A stretch of 64,000 nt of DNA, from NCBI GenBank assembly GCA_035495295.1, contig DATJGE010000103.1, positions 8,468 through 72,467 of the forward strand. The letters are read 5' to 3'. Below are positions 48,852 through 58,296 of this stretch, piece by piece. Position numbers and translations under genes: made by a program. This DNA is from Nitrospira sp. GTDB lineage: Bacteria; Nitrospirota; Nitrospiria; Nitrospirales; Nitrospiraceae. The stretch's first letter is position 1, and each line of letters starts with the position of its first letter. The notes under the pieces are model-generated. The model had not been told where the DNA came from. It searched no databases and saw nothing but the letters and a program-made list of their open reading frames with translations.

Positions 48852-51800
48852 ATGTGGTTAACCCTTCTCGCTCTACGAAACCGGATCGGTATTCTCATGC
48901 TGTCGCTCGCCATGGTGGTTCTCGGCGCGACATCGTTGAACCGCTTGCCGGTTGACCTGTTTCCCAACATCCAGGTGCCTGTCGCCTTCGTCGGAGTCAT
49001 TTACAAAGGCGCTCCGCCGCTCGATATCGAGCAGAGCGTCGTTTATCCCATCGAAAAGGCCGTCAGCTCGGCCTCGAATGTCGAGCACGTTGAATCGTTT
49101 GCCAAGCAAGGCATCGGAGCGGTCCAGATCTGGTTTAATTGGGGCGCCGACATCAACGTCGGACAGATGGAGGTGATGCAGCGCATCACGCAAATCCTCA
49201 ACAGCCTGCCGCCGGGGATCCTCCAACCGTTTATCGTCAAGTTCGACGTCTCCAACATTCCGGTCTCCTTCGTCACCGTCTCCAGCGACGATCTCGATGA
49301 ACGAGCGCTCTATGACCTCGCCTTCAATACCATCGCACCGCAAATCGAGCAAATTGCCAACGTCGCGGCCGCGACTGTCGAAGGCGGGAAGATCCGCCAA
49401 ATCAACATTAATTTGGACCCGGCGCTGCTCAATGCCCGCGGCCTGTCGATCCTGGACGTCGTGAAGTCCGTCAAGGCGGCGAATCTGATTCTGCCCTCCG
49501 GGGACATTAAGGCGGGCAACCTGGATTACAACGTCTTCACCAACAACCAGTTCCGCACCGTCGAGCCGATTCAAGACGTCATCGTGAAGGTGAACCAACA
49601 GGGCAACCCGGTGCGCGTGCGGGACCTCGGTACCGTGACCGATTCTTCGGACATTCAAACAAACGTCGTCCGAACCGACGGAAAGCGGGCGGTCTATCTG
49701 AGGGTCAACAAGCAGCCGATCGCCAACACGGTGGAGGTCGTCGATGCGTTACGCGCCGCCCTCCCCAAGATGATTGGCATTCCCCCGGGCGTCCAACTCG
49801 GCATCTCGTTCGATCAATCGGTTTACATCCGTCAGTCCATCAGCAATCTCGTCGAGCAGGCCCTGCATGGATCGCTGCTCGCTGCGGCGGTCATTATGAT
49901 TTTTCTCCGCAATCTGACGAGCACAGTCATTATTTCGGTCGCCATTCCCCTGTCCATCATGGCGACCTTCATCGTTCTCTATTTCACCGGCCAGACCTTG
50001 AACGTCTTCACCCTGGGGGGGCTGGCATTGGGCATCGGCCGTCTGGTCGATGACTCGATCGTCGAGTTGGAAAATATTCAGCGGCACCTCAATGCGAATC
50101 CCCGCCGATGGGATGCCATCCTGGATGCCGCCCGGGAAGTGGCAATGCCGATCTTCGCCTCAACCGTCACCACCGTCGTGGTATTTTTGCCGATTTTTTT
50201 TGTGGTCGGCATCGCGCGGCTCCTACTGATTCCTCTGACCGTGACGATCGCCATCGCCTTATTCACGTCTTTTTTCGTCTCGCGGACGGTGACACCGGCA
50301 CTGTGCTTCAAATTTTTAAGACCCGAACAGGAGGCCCACCGTTCCATGCCGCGCTGGTTCGTTCGCCTGATGGAGTGGAGCCGGGCTCGGTACGAGGCTC
50401 TCGACCGGGGATTCGAAGATTCGCTTCGCTGGGTCCTGGCCCACCGGCGCCTATTTATCGCCGGCATCCTGGCGATGTTCGCCGCAACCGTCGCGCTCAT
50501 ACCCAGAATCGGGACCGAGTTTCTGCCCGTGTCGGACGAGAGCCAGTTTCGGATCGTGCTTCGTGCACCGGTCGGCCAGCGGGTCGAGAAGACGGAGCAG
50601 CAAGTGGCTGAAGTAGAACGCCTGCTGCGCGCGAATATTCCGGCCGGCGAATTGGAAACGATCGTCTCGAGCACCGGCGTGCTGTCGCAAGGCCGCTCTT
50701 CGTTGTTCAACCCCAACACGGGACCGCATACCTCCGTGATTTCCGTCTACCTCACCTCGCCCGACAAACGCTCACGGAACCAGGTGCAGATCATGAACGA
50801 CGTGCGGCCGAAGGTGGTCAAGCTCTTCCCGGGCGTTGCCATGTTCTTCGACCCCGGCGGTCTGGTGAAGCGCGTGACCAGCTTCGGATCACAAAAATCC
50901 GTCGATGTCGAAATCTACGGCTACGACTTCGAGAAGGCGCGCGAGGTCATCCGGGACGTCGAAGGCTTGATGCACCGCATCGACGGACTGGCCGACATTG
51001 AGGTCAGCCGTGAAGAAAATTATCCCGAGGTCAATGTCGTCGTGGATCGTGAGAAGGCGGCCCTGTTGGGCATCAGTGAAACCGACATCGCGAACGCCGT
51101 GTTGTTTTCGCTCAACGGCAACGGTCAAACCGACCCCATTATCTACACGGATCCGCAGAACGGGAACGAGTACTACATCAGCGCATGGCTGGCCGAGGAA
51201 TACCGGAAGGACCTTACCGATCTGGAAAACATCATCATGACGGCGAGAAGCGGAGAACCGGTGCTCCTGAAAAACGTGGCATCGCTGAAACTGAATGCGG
51301 GACCGGTGAAAATCGACCGAAAGTATTTCCAGCGCATCATCCACATTACGGCCAATCCCTTGAACCGGGATCTCGGCGCGATTGCAGAAGACCTCGAAGC
51401 AGGCTTCGCGCGGCTGCAATTACCCACTGGCTTCAGTATCCGCTTGGCGGGACAGATCCAGCAGCAAAGGGAAACGTTTACCGGCCTGCTGTTCGCCACA
51501 GTGCTCGCGCTGATTCTCGTCTATATGGTGATGGCGGCCCAATTCAAATCGCTCATCGACCCGTTCATCATCATGTTTTCCGTACCGATGGGTTTTCCAG
51601 GTGTGATTTTGGCGCTGTTTCTCACGAATACGACCCTCTCCACCACCTCAATGATGGGCATCATCATGATGCTCGGCATCGTCGTGAGCAACGGCGTATT
51701 GCTGGTGGATTACACGAACGTCTTGCGGCGGAAGGGGGTGGCACTCCGCGAAGCGGTCATTCGAGCGGCGAGGACGCGCCTACGCCCGATTCTGATGACC

Positions 51801-52046
51801 TCATTGGCCACGGTGTTCGGACTGCTGCCGATGGCGATTGGGTGGGGAACCGGCGGAGAAACCAACGCCCCGCTCGCCCGCGCAGTCGTGGGCGGACTCA
51901 GCGTTTCCACGTTGTTGACGCTGTTCTTGGTCCCGACGATGTACCTGATTCTCGAAGAACGGTTTCCACGCAAGGCCCCGGCTGAGGGATCAGCCGTCTT
52001 TGAGGAGCTGCCCGCCGAAGCGCCGCTCATCCCGGCGAATCGCTGA
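48852..52046 (+). CDS. RND efflux permease (AcrB/AcrD/AcrF family)
   Basis: LPVDLFP, GRLVDDSIV, RLRPILMT; 1064 aa. Confidence 0.95.
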   Translation: MWLTLLALRNRIGILMLSLAMVVLGATSLNRLPVDLFPNIQVPVAFVGVIYKGAPPLDIEQSVVYPIEKAVSSASNVEHVESFAKQGIGAVQIWFNWGADINVGQMEVMQRITQILNSLPPGILQPFIVKFDVSNIPVSFVTVSSDDLDERALYDLAFNTIAPQIEQIANVAAATVEGGKIRQININLDPALLNARGLSILDVVKSVKAANLILPSGDIKAGNLDYNVFTNNQFRTVEPIQDVIVKVNQQGNPVRVRDLGTVTDSSDIQTNVVRTDGKRAVYLRVNKQPIANTVEVVDALRAALPKMIGIPPGVQLGISFDQSVYIRQSISNLVEQALHGSLLAAAVIMIFLRNLTSTVIISVAIPLSIMATFIVLYFTGQTLNVFTLGGLALGIGRLVDDSIVELENIQRHLNANPRRWDAILDAAREVAMPIFASTVTTVVVFLPIFFVVGIARLLLIPLTVTIAIALFTSFFVSRTVTPALCFKFLRPEQEAHRSMPRWFVRLMEWSRARYEALDRGFEDSLRWVLAHRRLFIAGILAMFAATVALIPRIGTEFLPVSDESQFRIVLRAPVGQRVEKTEQQVAEVERLLRANIPAGELETIVSSTGVLSQGRSSLFNPNTGPHTSVISVYLTSPDKRSRNQVQIMNDVRPKVVKLFPGVAMFFDPGGLVKRVTSFGSQKSVDVEIYGYDFEKAREVIRDVEGLMHRIDGLADIEVSREENYPEVNVVVDREKAALLGISETDIANAVLFSLNGNGQTDPIIYTDPQNGNEYYISAWLAEEYRKDLTDLENIIMTARSGEPVLLKNVASLKLNAGPVKIDRKYFQRIIHITANPLNRDLGAIAEDLEAGFARLQLPTGFSIRLAGQIQQQRETFTGLLFATVLALILVYMVMAAQFKSLIDPFIIMFSVPMGFPGVILALFLTNTTLSTTSMMGIIMMLGIVVSNGVLLVDYTNVLRRKGVALREAVIRAARTRLRPILMTSLATVFGLLPMAIGWGTGGETNAPLARAVVGGLSVSTLLTLFLVPTMYLILEERFPRKAPAEGSAVFEELPAEAPLIPANR

Positions 52047-52081
52047 CCGCCTGGCTCGTCTCTGCTTACGGAGACCGGCAG

Positions 52082-52423
52082 CTACAGCCGCTCGCTGATA
52101 CTAGGAAACAGCGCTCGCAACTGCATGGCCAATCCGAAGTCGCCGCTGATGCGGAGACGTCCCGACATCGCTGCGGCCGGCCCGCTGAGTTCTCCGTTCA
52201 GCACCTTGACGCAATCCTCGCCGGCCATCGACAAAATCACGTTCGGATCCTCGTGCCGCCCTTCCTTGACCTGGCAGGCACCCTCCCGTATGGTCACGAC
52301 ATATTGACCGCCCTGCGCCCCGCTCAAGTCGAACTGATACACGGCGTCGAGATCCTCGGCGGCTTCCGCATCGAGGTTCGAAGGCAGTTGCTTGAAGAAT
52401 TCCTTGAGGCCGGCGGCTCGCAT
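52082..52423 (-). CDS. SCP2 sterol/lipid-binding domain protein
   Basis: YQFDLSGAQGG...AAMSGRLRISGDFGLAMQL; ATG 52423 preferred. Confidence 0.85.
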   Translation of the reverse strand: MRAAGLKEFFKQLPSNLDAEAAEDLDAVYQFDLSGAQGGQYVVTIREGACQVKEGRHEDPNVILSMAGEDCVKVLNGELSGPAAAMSGRLRISGDFGLAMQLRALFPSISERL

Positions 52424-52498
52424 GCTTGAGCAGACCTGTCGACGTTGTAGCGGGGGGAGCGGCGGACCCACCGCTCCCGCGCCGTTGATCCGAACGAA

Positions 52499-52942
52499 CT
52501 AATAGCGAAGCGTGACCGTTGCGGCGGACCGCCTGGCACCGAAGAACTGTCGCGAAAATTCTTCTACGACTGCCGGGTCATAGCCCTTGCAGCTGAAAAT
52601 ATCGAGATAGGCATTGTTCGTGTCGTTGGCAAAGTGGCCGCTGATCAGAGAAGTCGAGATCAACTGAACCATCGAATAGCCTGCGACCCTTCCCGAACCG
52701 AAATCGACGACCTGACATTCCCCAAATCGCTGCATGCCAATGAGCTCACAGAGCTCGATGACGTAGCGGCGGATATGGTCGGCATTGCGGATGAGATCGG
52801 GATGGCAGTCTTGCAGGTCAACGGCGGTACACAACCCCCAAGCCTTCCCCTCGCCCACCATTTCCTTGGCGGGAACGGTTGAGGAAGCCTCTGGGGCACT
52901 CGATGGTAAAATCGTCTCTTCGGAACCGACGGGGACGCTCAT
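52499..52942 (-). CDS. speD: S-adenosylmethionine decarboxylase-family proenzyme
   Basis: GYSMVQLISTSLISGHF and YLDIFSCK motifs. Confidence 0.75.
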   Translation of the reverse strand: MSVPVGSEETILPSSAPEASSTVPAKEMVGEGKAWGLCTAVDLQDCHPDLIRNADHIRRYVIELCELIGMQRFGECQVVDFGSGRVAGYSMVQLISTSLISGHFANDTNNAYLDIFSCKGYDPAVVEEFSRQFFGARRSAATVTLRY

Positions 52943-53106
52943 AGGGCATTCCGCCTTTCTGTGTGTGGGTGGGAAATCACGAGGGAATTTTTTGCACTAT
53001 ACCACGATTTTTTTGATCTGCATCTCTGCGGCAAAAAAAATTCACGGCCCGATACGCGCGCGGTCGGTTGACAAGGTTCTCGACGCTCGGGGACAATGCC
53101 GGAGCC

Positions 53107-53292
53107 ATGACCGCCGCCTCAGAAGCGCCCTCGTTCGACGTCCCTGACCGTCTCTGCACGTGGTGCAAGGTGCCCATGAAGAAGCGGTTGGTGGCCAGCG
53201 GACAATTCGTCCATTACACCTGTCCCAAGTGCATCTTCCAGCACACGACGCGGCGCGGTCCGAAACCCTCCGCCGGTGAGCAGGGACATTGA
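53107..53292 (+). CDS. small zinc-ribbon protein (61 aa)
   Basis: CTWC-x18-CPKC; GGAG before the ATG; TTGACA-N18-GACAAT upstream. Confidence 0.6.
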   Translation: MTAASEAPSFDVPDRLCTWCKVPMKKRLVASGQFVHYTCPKCIFQHTTRRGPKPSAGEQGH

Positions 53293-53387
53293 CCCCGCAT
53301 CCTTCCGTCTACACCGGTCGGCCGCGTTAGTTTTCCGGCCGACCTTGGGCCCAGATACCGCTGCCAGGCGTTTGGCGAATCGAGTTC

Positions 53388-53756
53388 CTACAGCTTTCCC
53401 TGCAGGCGTGAGCGGATGCCTTCCATGCGACGGCGATTCACGCCGAAATCCCCATAGCCGACGCGCGAGGCGGAGCGAAAGTGGATGGTTTTGGCGTCTT
53501 CATCGAAGAGAAATTCGACGTCATCGATGAACCCCAAGAGGAGGCTGGTAAACTCGTAGTGAAGGTACAGCTCTTCGTCTTGGATCAGCTTGGTCCGCGG
53601 CAGAGCCGCAATCACCGCCTTCAGCGCGGCTTTCGCCTCGGATATGGCCTTTGAATAGATGTAAGGATGAATGACATGCCGACTGTCCTGCGGAGAAGCA
53701 AGCGATGAGACACAATTGGGGCTATCAGGACAGGGCGCGAGCATACGGCGCGGCAT
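53388..53756 (-). CDS. DUF1499 family protein (start uncertain)
   Basis: LAPCPDSPNCVSS, FIDDVEF and RSASRVGYGDFGVNRRR. Confidence 0.9.
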   Translation of the reverse strand: MPRRMLAPCPDSPNCVSSLASPQDSRHVIHPYIYSKAISEAKAALKAVIAALPRTKLIQDEELYLHYEFTSLLLGFIDDVEFLFDEDAKTIHFRSASRVGYGDFGVNRRRMEGIRSRLQGKL

Positions 53757-53805
53757 GCGGGCCAACTCTACGCTCTTGAGACCGGTGCCGCAAGCCGAAG
53801 TTCGG

Positions 53806-54915
53806 TCAGTACCAGATCGTCGCCAAGGGCGGCTGGGGCTCGTCTCGGGTTTCAACAGTGACTGAGACGCGCCCGATAATGCGCCCGTCCTCCGTTTCCA
53901 AATCCACCCGCCAGTCGCCCGGCTCGAGCTGCTGCTTAAAAGTGTAGGCCCGGTAGCCGGCTTCCCGGCCGCCGGATATTTTCAGGGGTATTCGGTCCGC
54001 ATGACCGAACGGCCTGTTATTGTGCGGTCGGAAATACCAATGGTGGTAGACAGTCGTGTTCAATGCGACCGGCGCAAATACGGCGGTAAAACAATAAATC
54101 GGCTCGTGAGCGGGAAAGGTCGTGTCCGATCGTTTCCATACTTGATACCACTTCCGTTCGAAGGAGAGTTCAAAGCGATCGTCCGACTTTTTGACTTCAT
54201 GGTACATTCCGCCGAACTTCATTGACAGCGGGACTGGAGGGATCCAGTTAAGAAAATAAGAGCCGACGAGAAGCGCAATCAAGGCGAAGGCCGGAATCGT
54301 CACCCCGAATGCTTCTCGTTTTGACCGGTCGGGGTTATTGCGATAGATGAGCTGCACGACGCGAAAGGTCACGGCGGCGCTGACTGCCGCACCGGCGAGA
54401 AAGACCAAGACGTTCATGTACCCGGTCATGACCGGCAGGAAGAACGTGAAGAACCCAAAGCAGACAAGCGCATACAGGCTGACCAGCAACCGTAGGTTCG
54501 ACAGACGATCTCGAAGGAACTCGTTGCCGACGAGCAAGAGCACCAAGACGCCGAAGAAGACAGCCGAACTCGTCATTGTGGCGCTGCGCGAATAAAAGAC
54601 GGCATAGGCGCTGAAGAGACTGCCGAGAAGAAACTGACTGGCCATGGGATAGTAGGGACGACTGCGAAGCAGCCATCGCATGAACGGGGAAATGATCGCC
54701 AGCTGTGCACCGTCTGGCGGTGGCTCGATGCCGATTCTTCCGGTAAGCACAATCAACACGCCGAGCAGCAGGACATACAGCAGCAGCAACAAATTGTCCT
54801 GGAGGCGGTCGATCCTCGTCAGCGTCACAGTGTCATAGGTGACGCCGGATAAGAAGAACACCGCGGGCATGAACGGCTTGGCCAGCAGTGCCTGGACTCT
54901 ACCGAAGGGGCTCAT
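53806..54915 (-). CDS. membrane protein with C-terminal DUF2914-like domain
   Basis: Multiple TM helices, WIPPVPLS, FTAVFAP, GGREAGYR and GDWRV. Confidence 0.8.
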   Translation of the reverse strand: MSPFGRVQALLAKPFMPAVFFLSGVTYDTVTLTRIDRLQDNLLLLLYVLLLGVLIVLTGRIGIEPPPDGAQLAIISPFMRWLLRSRPYYPMASQFLLGSLFSAYAVFYSRSATMTSSAVFFGVLVLLLVGNEFLRDRLSNLRLLVSLYALVCFGFFTFFLPVMTGYMNVLVFLAGAAVSAAVTFRVVQLIYRNNPDRSKREAFGVTIPAFALIALLVGSYFLNWIPPVPLSMKFGGMYHEVKKSDDRFELSFERKWYQVWKRSDTTFPAHEPIYCFTAVFAPVALNTTVYHHWYFRPHNNRPFGHADRIPLKISGGREAGYRAYTFKQQLEPGDWRVDLETEDGRIIGRVSVTVETRDEPQPPLATIWY

Positions 54916-54983
54916 GCGACTACTGTGCGGAATCGGACTGGTTTGAGCAATGAAATTCAGAATTGAGAGAGAGAATTCCTGCA

Positions 54984-55117
54984 GACTGCTCAAACAAGCC
55001 GCCGTGTTCACCCGTCCTAACCCTTGCGTCCCGAGAGAGGCATCCTCTCTGAAGGCCGCAACGATGTCTCAACGGTTCGCGAAGTCGTGGGTCTGAAACC
55101 GGGTTGTTTCAGCAGTC
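54984..55117. mobile_element. MITE-like element with 18-bp imperfect terminal inverted repeats
   Basis: GACTGCTCAAACAAGCCG ... CGGGTTGTTTCAGCAGTC (16/18 complementary), with a non-coding interior. Confidence 0.55.
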
Positions 55118-55121
55118 AGCC

Positions 55122-56183
55122 TCAGACAAATGCGGGAAGCGGTGCATACTGGACAGGCTGCCCGATCAGGCGCTCTAACCATCCGGCCATCAGCTCTTCC
55201 TTCAACGGCGCCTTGTTCAGGCGCGCTTCGATGGCGAACCCGGTACGCGACCCGACGACTCCGATGATGGCGGAGGCATCCTCGCCCTCTGGCAGGAGTT
55301 CCTGCGTCTGGAACTCGCAGAGCGTGGCATAGAGCCTTCCATCCGGCTCGATGGCCGACCGGATCTCCGGCAAGTCATCCAGCGGACAATGCACGGAACA
55401 GCGGTAAGCATATCGGGCCGACGGCTCGATGACGGCGAATTCGCGTAGCGCTTCTTCGGAGAAGCCGGTCAGATAGGTGCGCAGGCCGGCTGGCTCGGCC
55501 GCATACGTCGCGGCCAATTGGCTGGCGGGCACGAGAAACTCGTAGACATCCGACGTATTGTATTCGAACTGACAGGGCCCGAACGCGTCCGGCCACGAGC
55601 AGAAGAATGGGACGGATGCATCATGCGGTCGGAGGACAAGCTGGCCTTTTTCGACCGCCGTTTCGATGGGAAGTCCGGCGGTGGCAATGGCGTCCAAGAA
55701 GGCCGCGCGCCGTTCATCGAGCCACTGTTCCCGACGAGCATCGTCACGCGTCTCACCAGGTGTCACGACCTCGGTCGTTTGGAGCCGCACGCGAAGAAAC
55801 GAATGGGCGTGGCGGAACCCAAGCCAGAACATGCCCCGGTTTTCGTGGAGCACCATGCGCTCTCGAATACGCCATGGATGACTGATCGAGCAATAGGTAC
55901 CGACATCTTGAAAGCGGAGATAGGCAGTATGATATGCGCCGGCAAGCAGAAAGAAATCCCCGCGCCAGCTCTCGCGCACATGGACCAGCGTGACGTCTTC
56001 GGTGGACCAGGCATCGAGGCCGTCGAAGTCTTCTGGCGCCTCGACCGTCCATTCCTCGACGTAGCAGATGACATCCTTCGCCGGGATTGCCGGCTTGAGT
56101 CCCAAGGCCGTCAGACGCTCGCCGACGGCGAGCACCTCATTGAAGTTCAATGGAGCGCGAGTCTCCCAGCGACGCTCACGCAC
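55122..56183 (-). CDS. hypothetical protein (353 aa)
   Basis: Long ORF, co-oriented and closely spaced with upstream genes; no family recognised. Confidence 0.75.
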   Translation of the reverse strand: MRERRWETRAPLNFNEVLAVGERLTALGLKPAIPAKDVICYVEEWTVEAPEDFDGLDAWSTEDVTLVHVRESWRGDFFLLAGAYHTAYLRFQDVGTYCSISHPWRIRERMVLHENRGMFWLGFRHAHSFLRVRLQTTEVVTPGETRDDARREQWLDERRAAFLDAIATAGLPIETAVEKGQLVLRPHDASVPFFCSWPDAFGPCQFEYNTSDVYEFLVPASQLAATYAAEPAGLRTYLTGFSEEALREFAVIEPSARYAYRCSVHCPLDDLPEIRSAIEPDGRLYATLCEFQTQELLPEGEDASAIIGVVGSRTGFAIEARLNKAPLKEELMAGWLERLIGQPVQYAPLPAFV

Positions 56184-56205
56184 GGTTGAATTCCCCGTTC
56201 ACGCC

Positions 56206-56853
56206 CTATCGGCTCGGCCGCACCGCGCGTTGCGAAATGGTCGTGTCAGCCAGGTACCGATCGATCGTGTCCTTGATGGTGGCCATCATGAGGCGCTGCA
56301 CGTCGTCTTCGGAGAACCACACGACGGTGTCCGACTGCGCGCTCTCCAGACTCCGGCTCGTGATGCTGTGATCTGCATTATTGCGGGCGGTAATCGTCAA
56401 TTTGTTGCTCGTCGTAATGTAAGTGGAAAACATCCGGCTTTTGGCATTCGCCGCAAACTCGAACAGCTGCCCGCTGATCACGATGTCGGCGTTCGGCATG
56501 GAACCCGCCGGCGCGACGCGTACATCCCACGACCGGTCGAGCCAGCCGGATCCCCTGAGACGATCGGCGAGGGCTTGGGCATAGACCTCCCCGGGCTTTT
56601 CGCCCGACACGTTGAAATTCGTGACCCCTCCCCAGAGATGAGTACGCATCCCGATGCGATGCTTGTCGGAACGCCGGTCGTCGAACGGTTCGATGACGAT
56701 CTTCACGCCTTCCGGCTCGGCCTGCTGCACCGGCTGCTGCGGTGGCAGGACGTCGACATGCACGGTTTGCCCGCTTCCGCCACAGCCTCCCGAGAGCATG
56801 AGACCCATCCCGAACAAGACTGCTGCGCCCCCTCGCACGAGCGAATCTCTCAC
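56206..56853 (-). CDS. putative lipoprotein (YajG/CsgG-like fold possible)
   Basis: Lipobox LSGGC, FDDRR and D..ISG.L motifs; GGAGG RBS. Confidence 0.75.
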   Translation of the reverse strand: MRDSLVRGGAAVLFGMGLMLSGGCGGSGQTVHVDVLPPQQPVQQAEPEGVKIVIEPFDDRRSDKHRIGMRTHLWGGVTNFNVSGEKPGEVYAQALADRLRGSGWLDRSWDVRVAPAGSMPNADIVISGQLFEFAANAKSRMFSTYITTSNKLTITARNNADHSITSRSLESAQSDTVVWFSEDDVQRLMMATIKDTIDRYLADTTISQRAVRPSR

Positions 56854-56924
56854 GATGCCCTCCTTGGCAAATATGCGCCCCTCTAAACGCGGGGTAGTCT
56901 ACCGAAATCGCCTGAGTGGCACAA

Positions 56925-57578
56925 TTACAGCGCCACGATGGGCAGCATGGCGCGGAAGGCTTCCCGGCTGAGTTCCGGCAAGGCTCCGCTTTGCACGCGT
57001 GGTTCTGCCAAGGAGAGAAAGCGGATGATTTTCAGCATCGATCGCTCCGCCAGTACGGCAGCGATCTGCGGCTTGCGATCGTGCGTAATCGGCAGTGTAA
57101 AGCCTTCCCCCTGCTTCCATTCCCAGAGCGTCGGCGCGAGCGAGAGTTCCAATTGCCGACCGGCAATCGCGTGAAACCGATCCACCAAACGCTTTTTGTA
57201 CTGCCGCATCAAGCTCCCTTCGAGGATCCAGGCCCATGCTACATGATGGCCCCACCAGACCAACGTCCGGAATGTGCGCTTTTCAGAGCCGTGGAAATGC
57301 TTCGGACAATCCAGATACTGATATGGGAAAGACTCCAAGTGCTCCCCTTTGACCAGCTGCGTGCTTGAGAGATCGGAATCTGGCAAGTGCAGAAGGTCAA
57401 CCTCGCGGACTTCCTCCTTAAGGACCTGGCGGGAGGCTTCCAATTGTGCGCGGATTTTTTCGGTAATTCTGGCCTTTTTATGGAAAAAGGCGGCTTCAGT
57501 GAGGAGCGCCGTTTCCTCAGCCGTAAAGAAGGCACCATCGGAAACCGGCCTTATGGAGGGATCATCCGATCGGGTCAT
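56925..57578 (-). CDS. conserved-looking hypothetical protein
   Basis: ATGA overlap with the upstream gene; KGEHLESFPYQYLD and FRTLVWWGH. Confidence 0.75.
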   Translation of the reverse strand: MTRSDDPSIRPVSDGAFFTAEETALLTEAAFFHKKARITEKIRAQLEASRQVLKEEVREVDLLHLPDSDLSSTQLVKGEHLESFPYQYLDCPKHFHGSEKRTFRTLVWWGHHVAWAWILEGSLMRQYKKRLVDRFHAIAGRQLELSLAPTLWEWKQGEGFTLPITHDRKPQIAAVLAERSMLKIIRFLSLAEPRVQSGALPELSREAFRAMLPIVAL

Positions 57579-57952
57579 TTCTGATGCGTTTCGAACCCCG
57601 TCACGGTCACGGCATAGTGCCGACGGCATTCGGCGCAACGGATGACGGCGAGGTCTTCGAACACGTCCATCTCGCGTAAAGACAGCGCCGTTGAATGCGC
57701 GTCAATGCAGCGGGCAAGATGCGCCCGGACGTCGGCCCGATCTTCGTCTGCGTTCCGGTACGTCTGTGGACCGCCCTCGGACGCGCTCGGACCATGCACG
57801 ATCGAACCGATGGTGACGTAATGGGCAAACCGACAGGATGTGCAGGCGAAGGCGAGCTGATTTTCCGCGGTGATACGCCTTACCGAGAGGCAGAGCGGAT
57901 GCACGGACCAACATTGCTGCAAAAACGCCCCGCTTCGAAACACCTGCGCCAT
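57575..57952 (-). CDS. hypothetical protein with two CxxxH...CxxC modules
   Basis: Internal duplication visible in the translation; operonic spacing. Confidence 0.75.
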   Translation of the reverse strand: MAQVFRSGAFLQQCWSVHPLCLSVRRITAENQLAFACTSCRFAHYVTIGSIVHGPSASEGGPQTYRNADEDRADVRAHLARCIDAHSTALSLREMDVFEDLAVIRCAECRRHYAVTVTGFETHQK

Positions 57953-57964
57953 GGCCGACAGCTT

Positions 57965-58246
57965 TCACAGCTTCCAGAGCGCCAACATCATGATGACGCC
58001 GGCGGTATAGGGAACGATGCAGGCGTATAGCACCGCCGTACGGGCCTGCGATCCTGAGCCGGTGGCTTCCACTTGCTCTTTATAGACGAACTCATACGCG
58101 AGAACCACAAGCGTGAGCGTGAGCGCCAACATGCGACTGGTCCTTGGCCACGTATATTGGCCGCTCAGGAAAAAGTTAGCCGTAAAGAACCCGCTGATCG
58201 CCAAGATCGCCGGCGCCACGAGATACCGGATAGATTGCGCGAACAC
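57965..58246 (-). CDS. small 3-TM membrane protein (GTG start tentative)
   Basis: Three hydrophobic segments in the 3' half of the 57965..58519 ORF. Confidence 0.65.
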   Translation of the reverse strand: MFAQSIRYLVAPAILAISGFFTANFFLSGQYTWPRTSRMLALTLTLVVLAYEFVYKEQVEATGSGSQARTAVLYACIVPYTAGVIMMLALWKL

Positions 58247-58296
58247 GGGATGCGAACGGGGATGATCGTGAGGAGCACGTGGCCGCGCGTGTGGAC

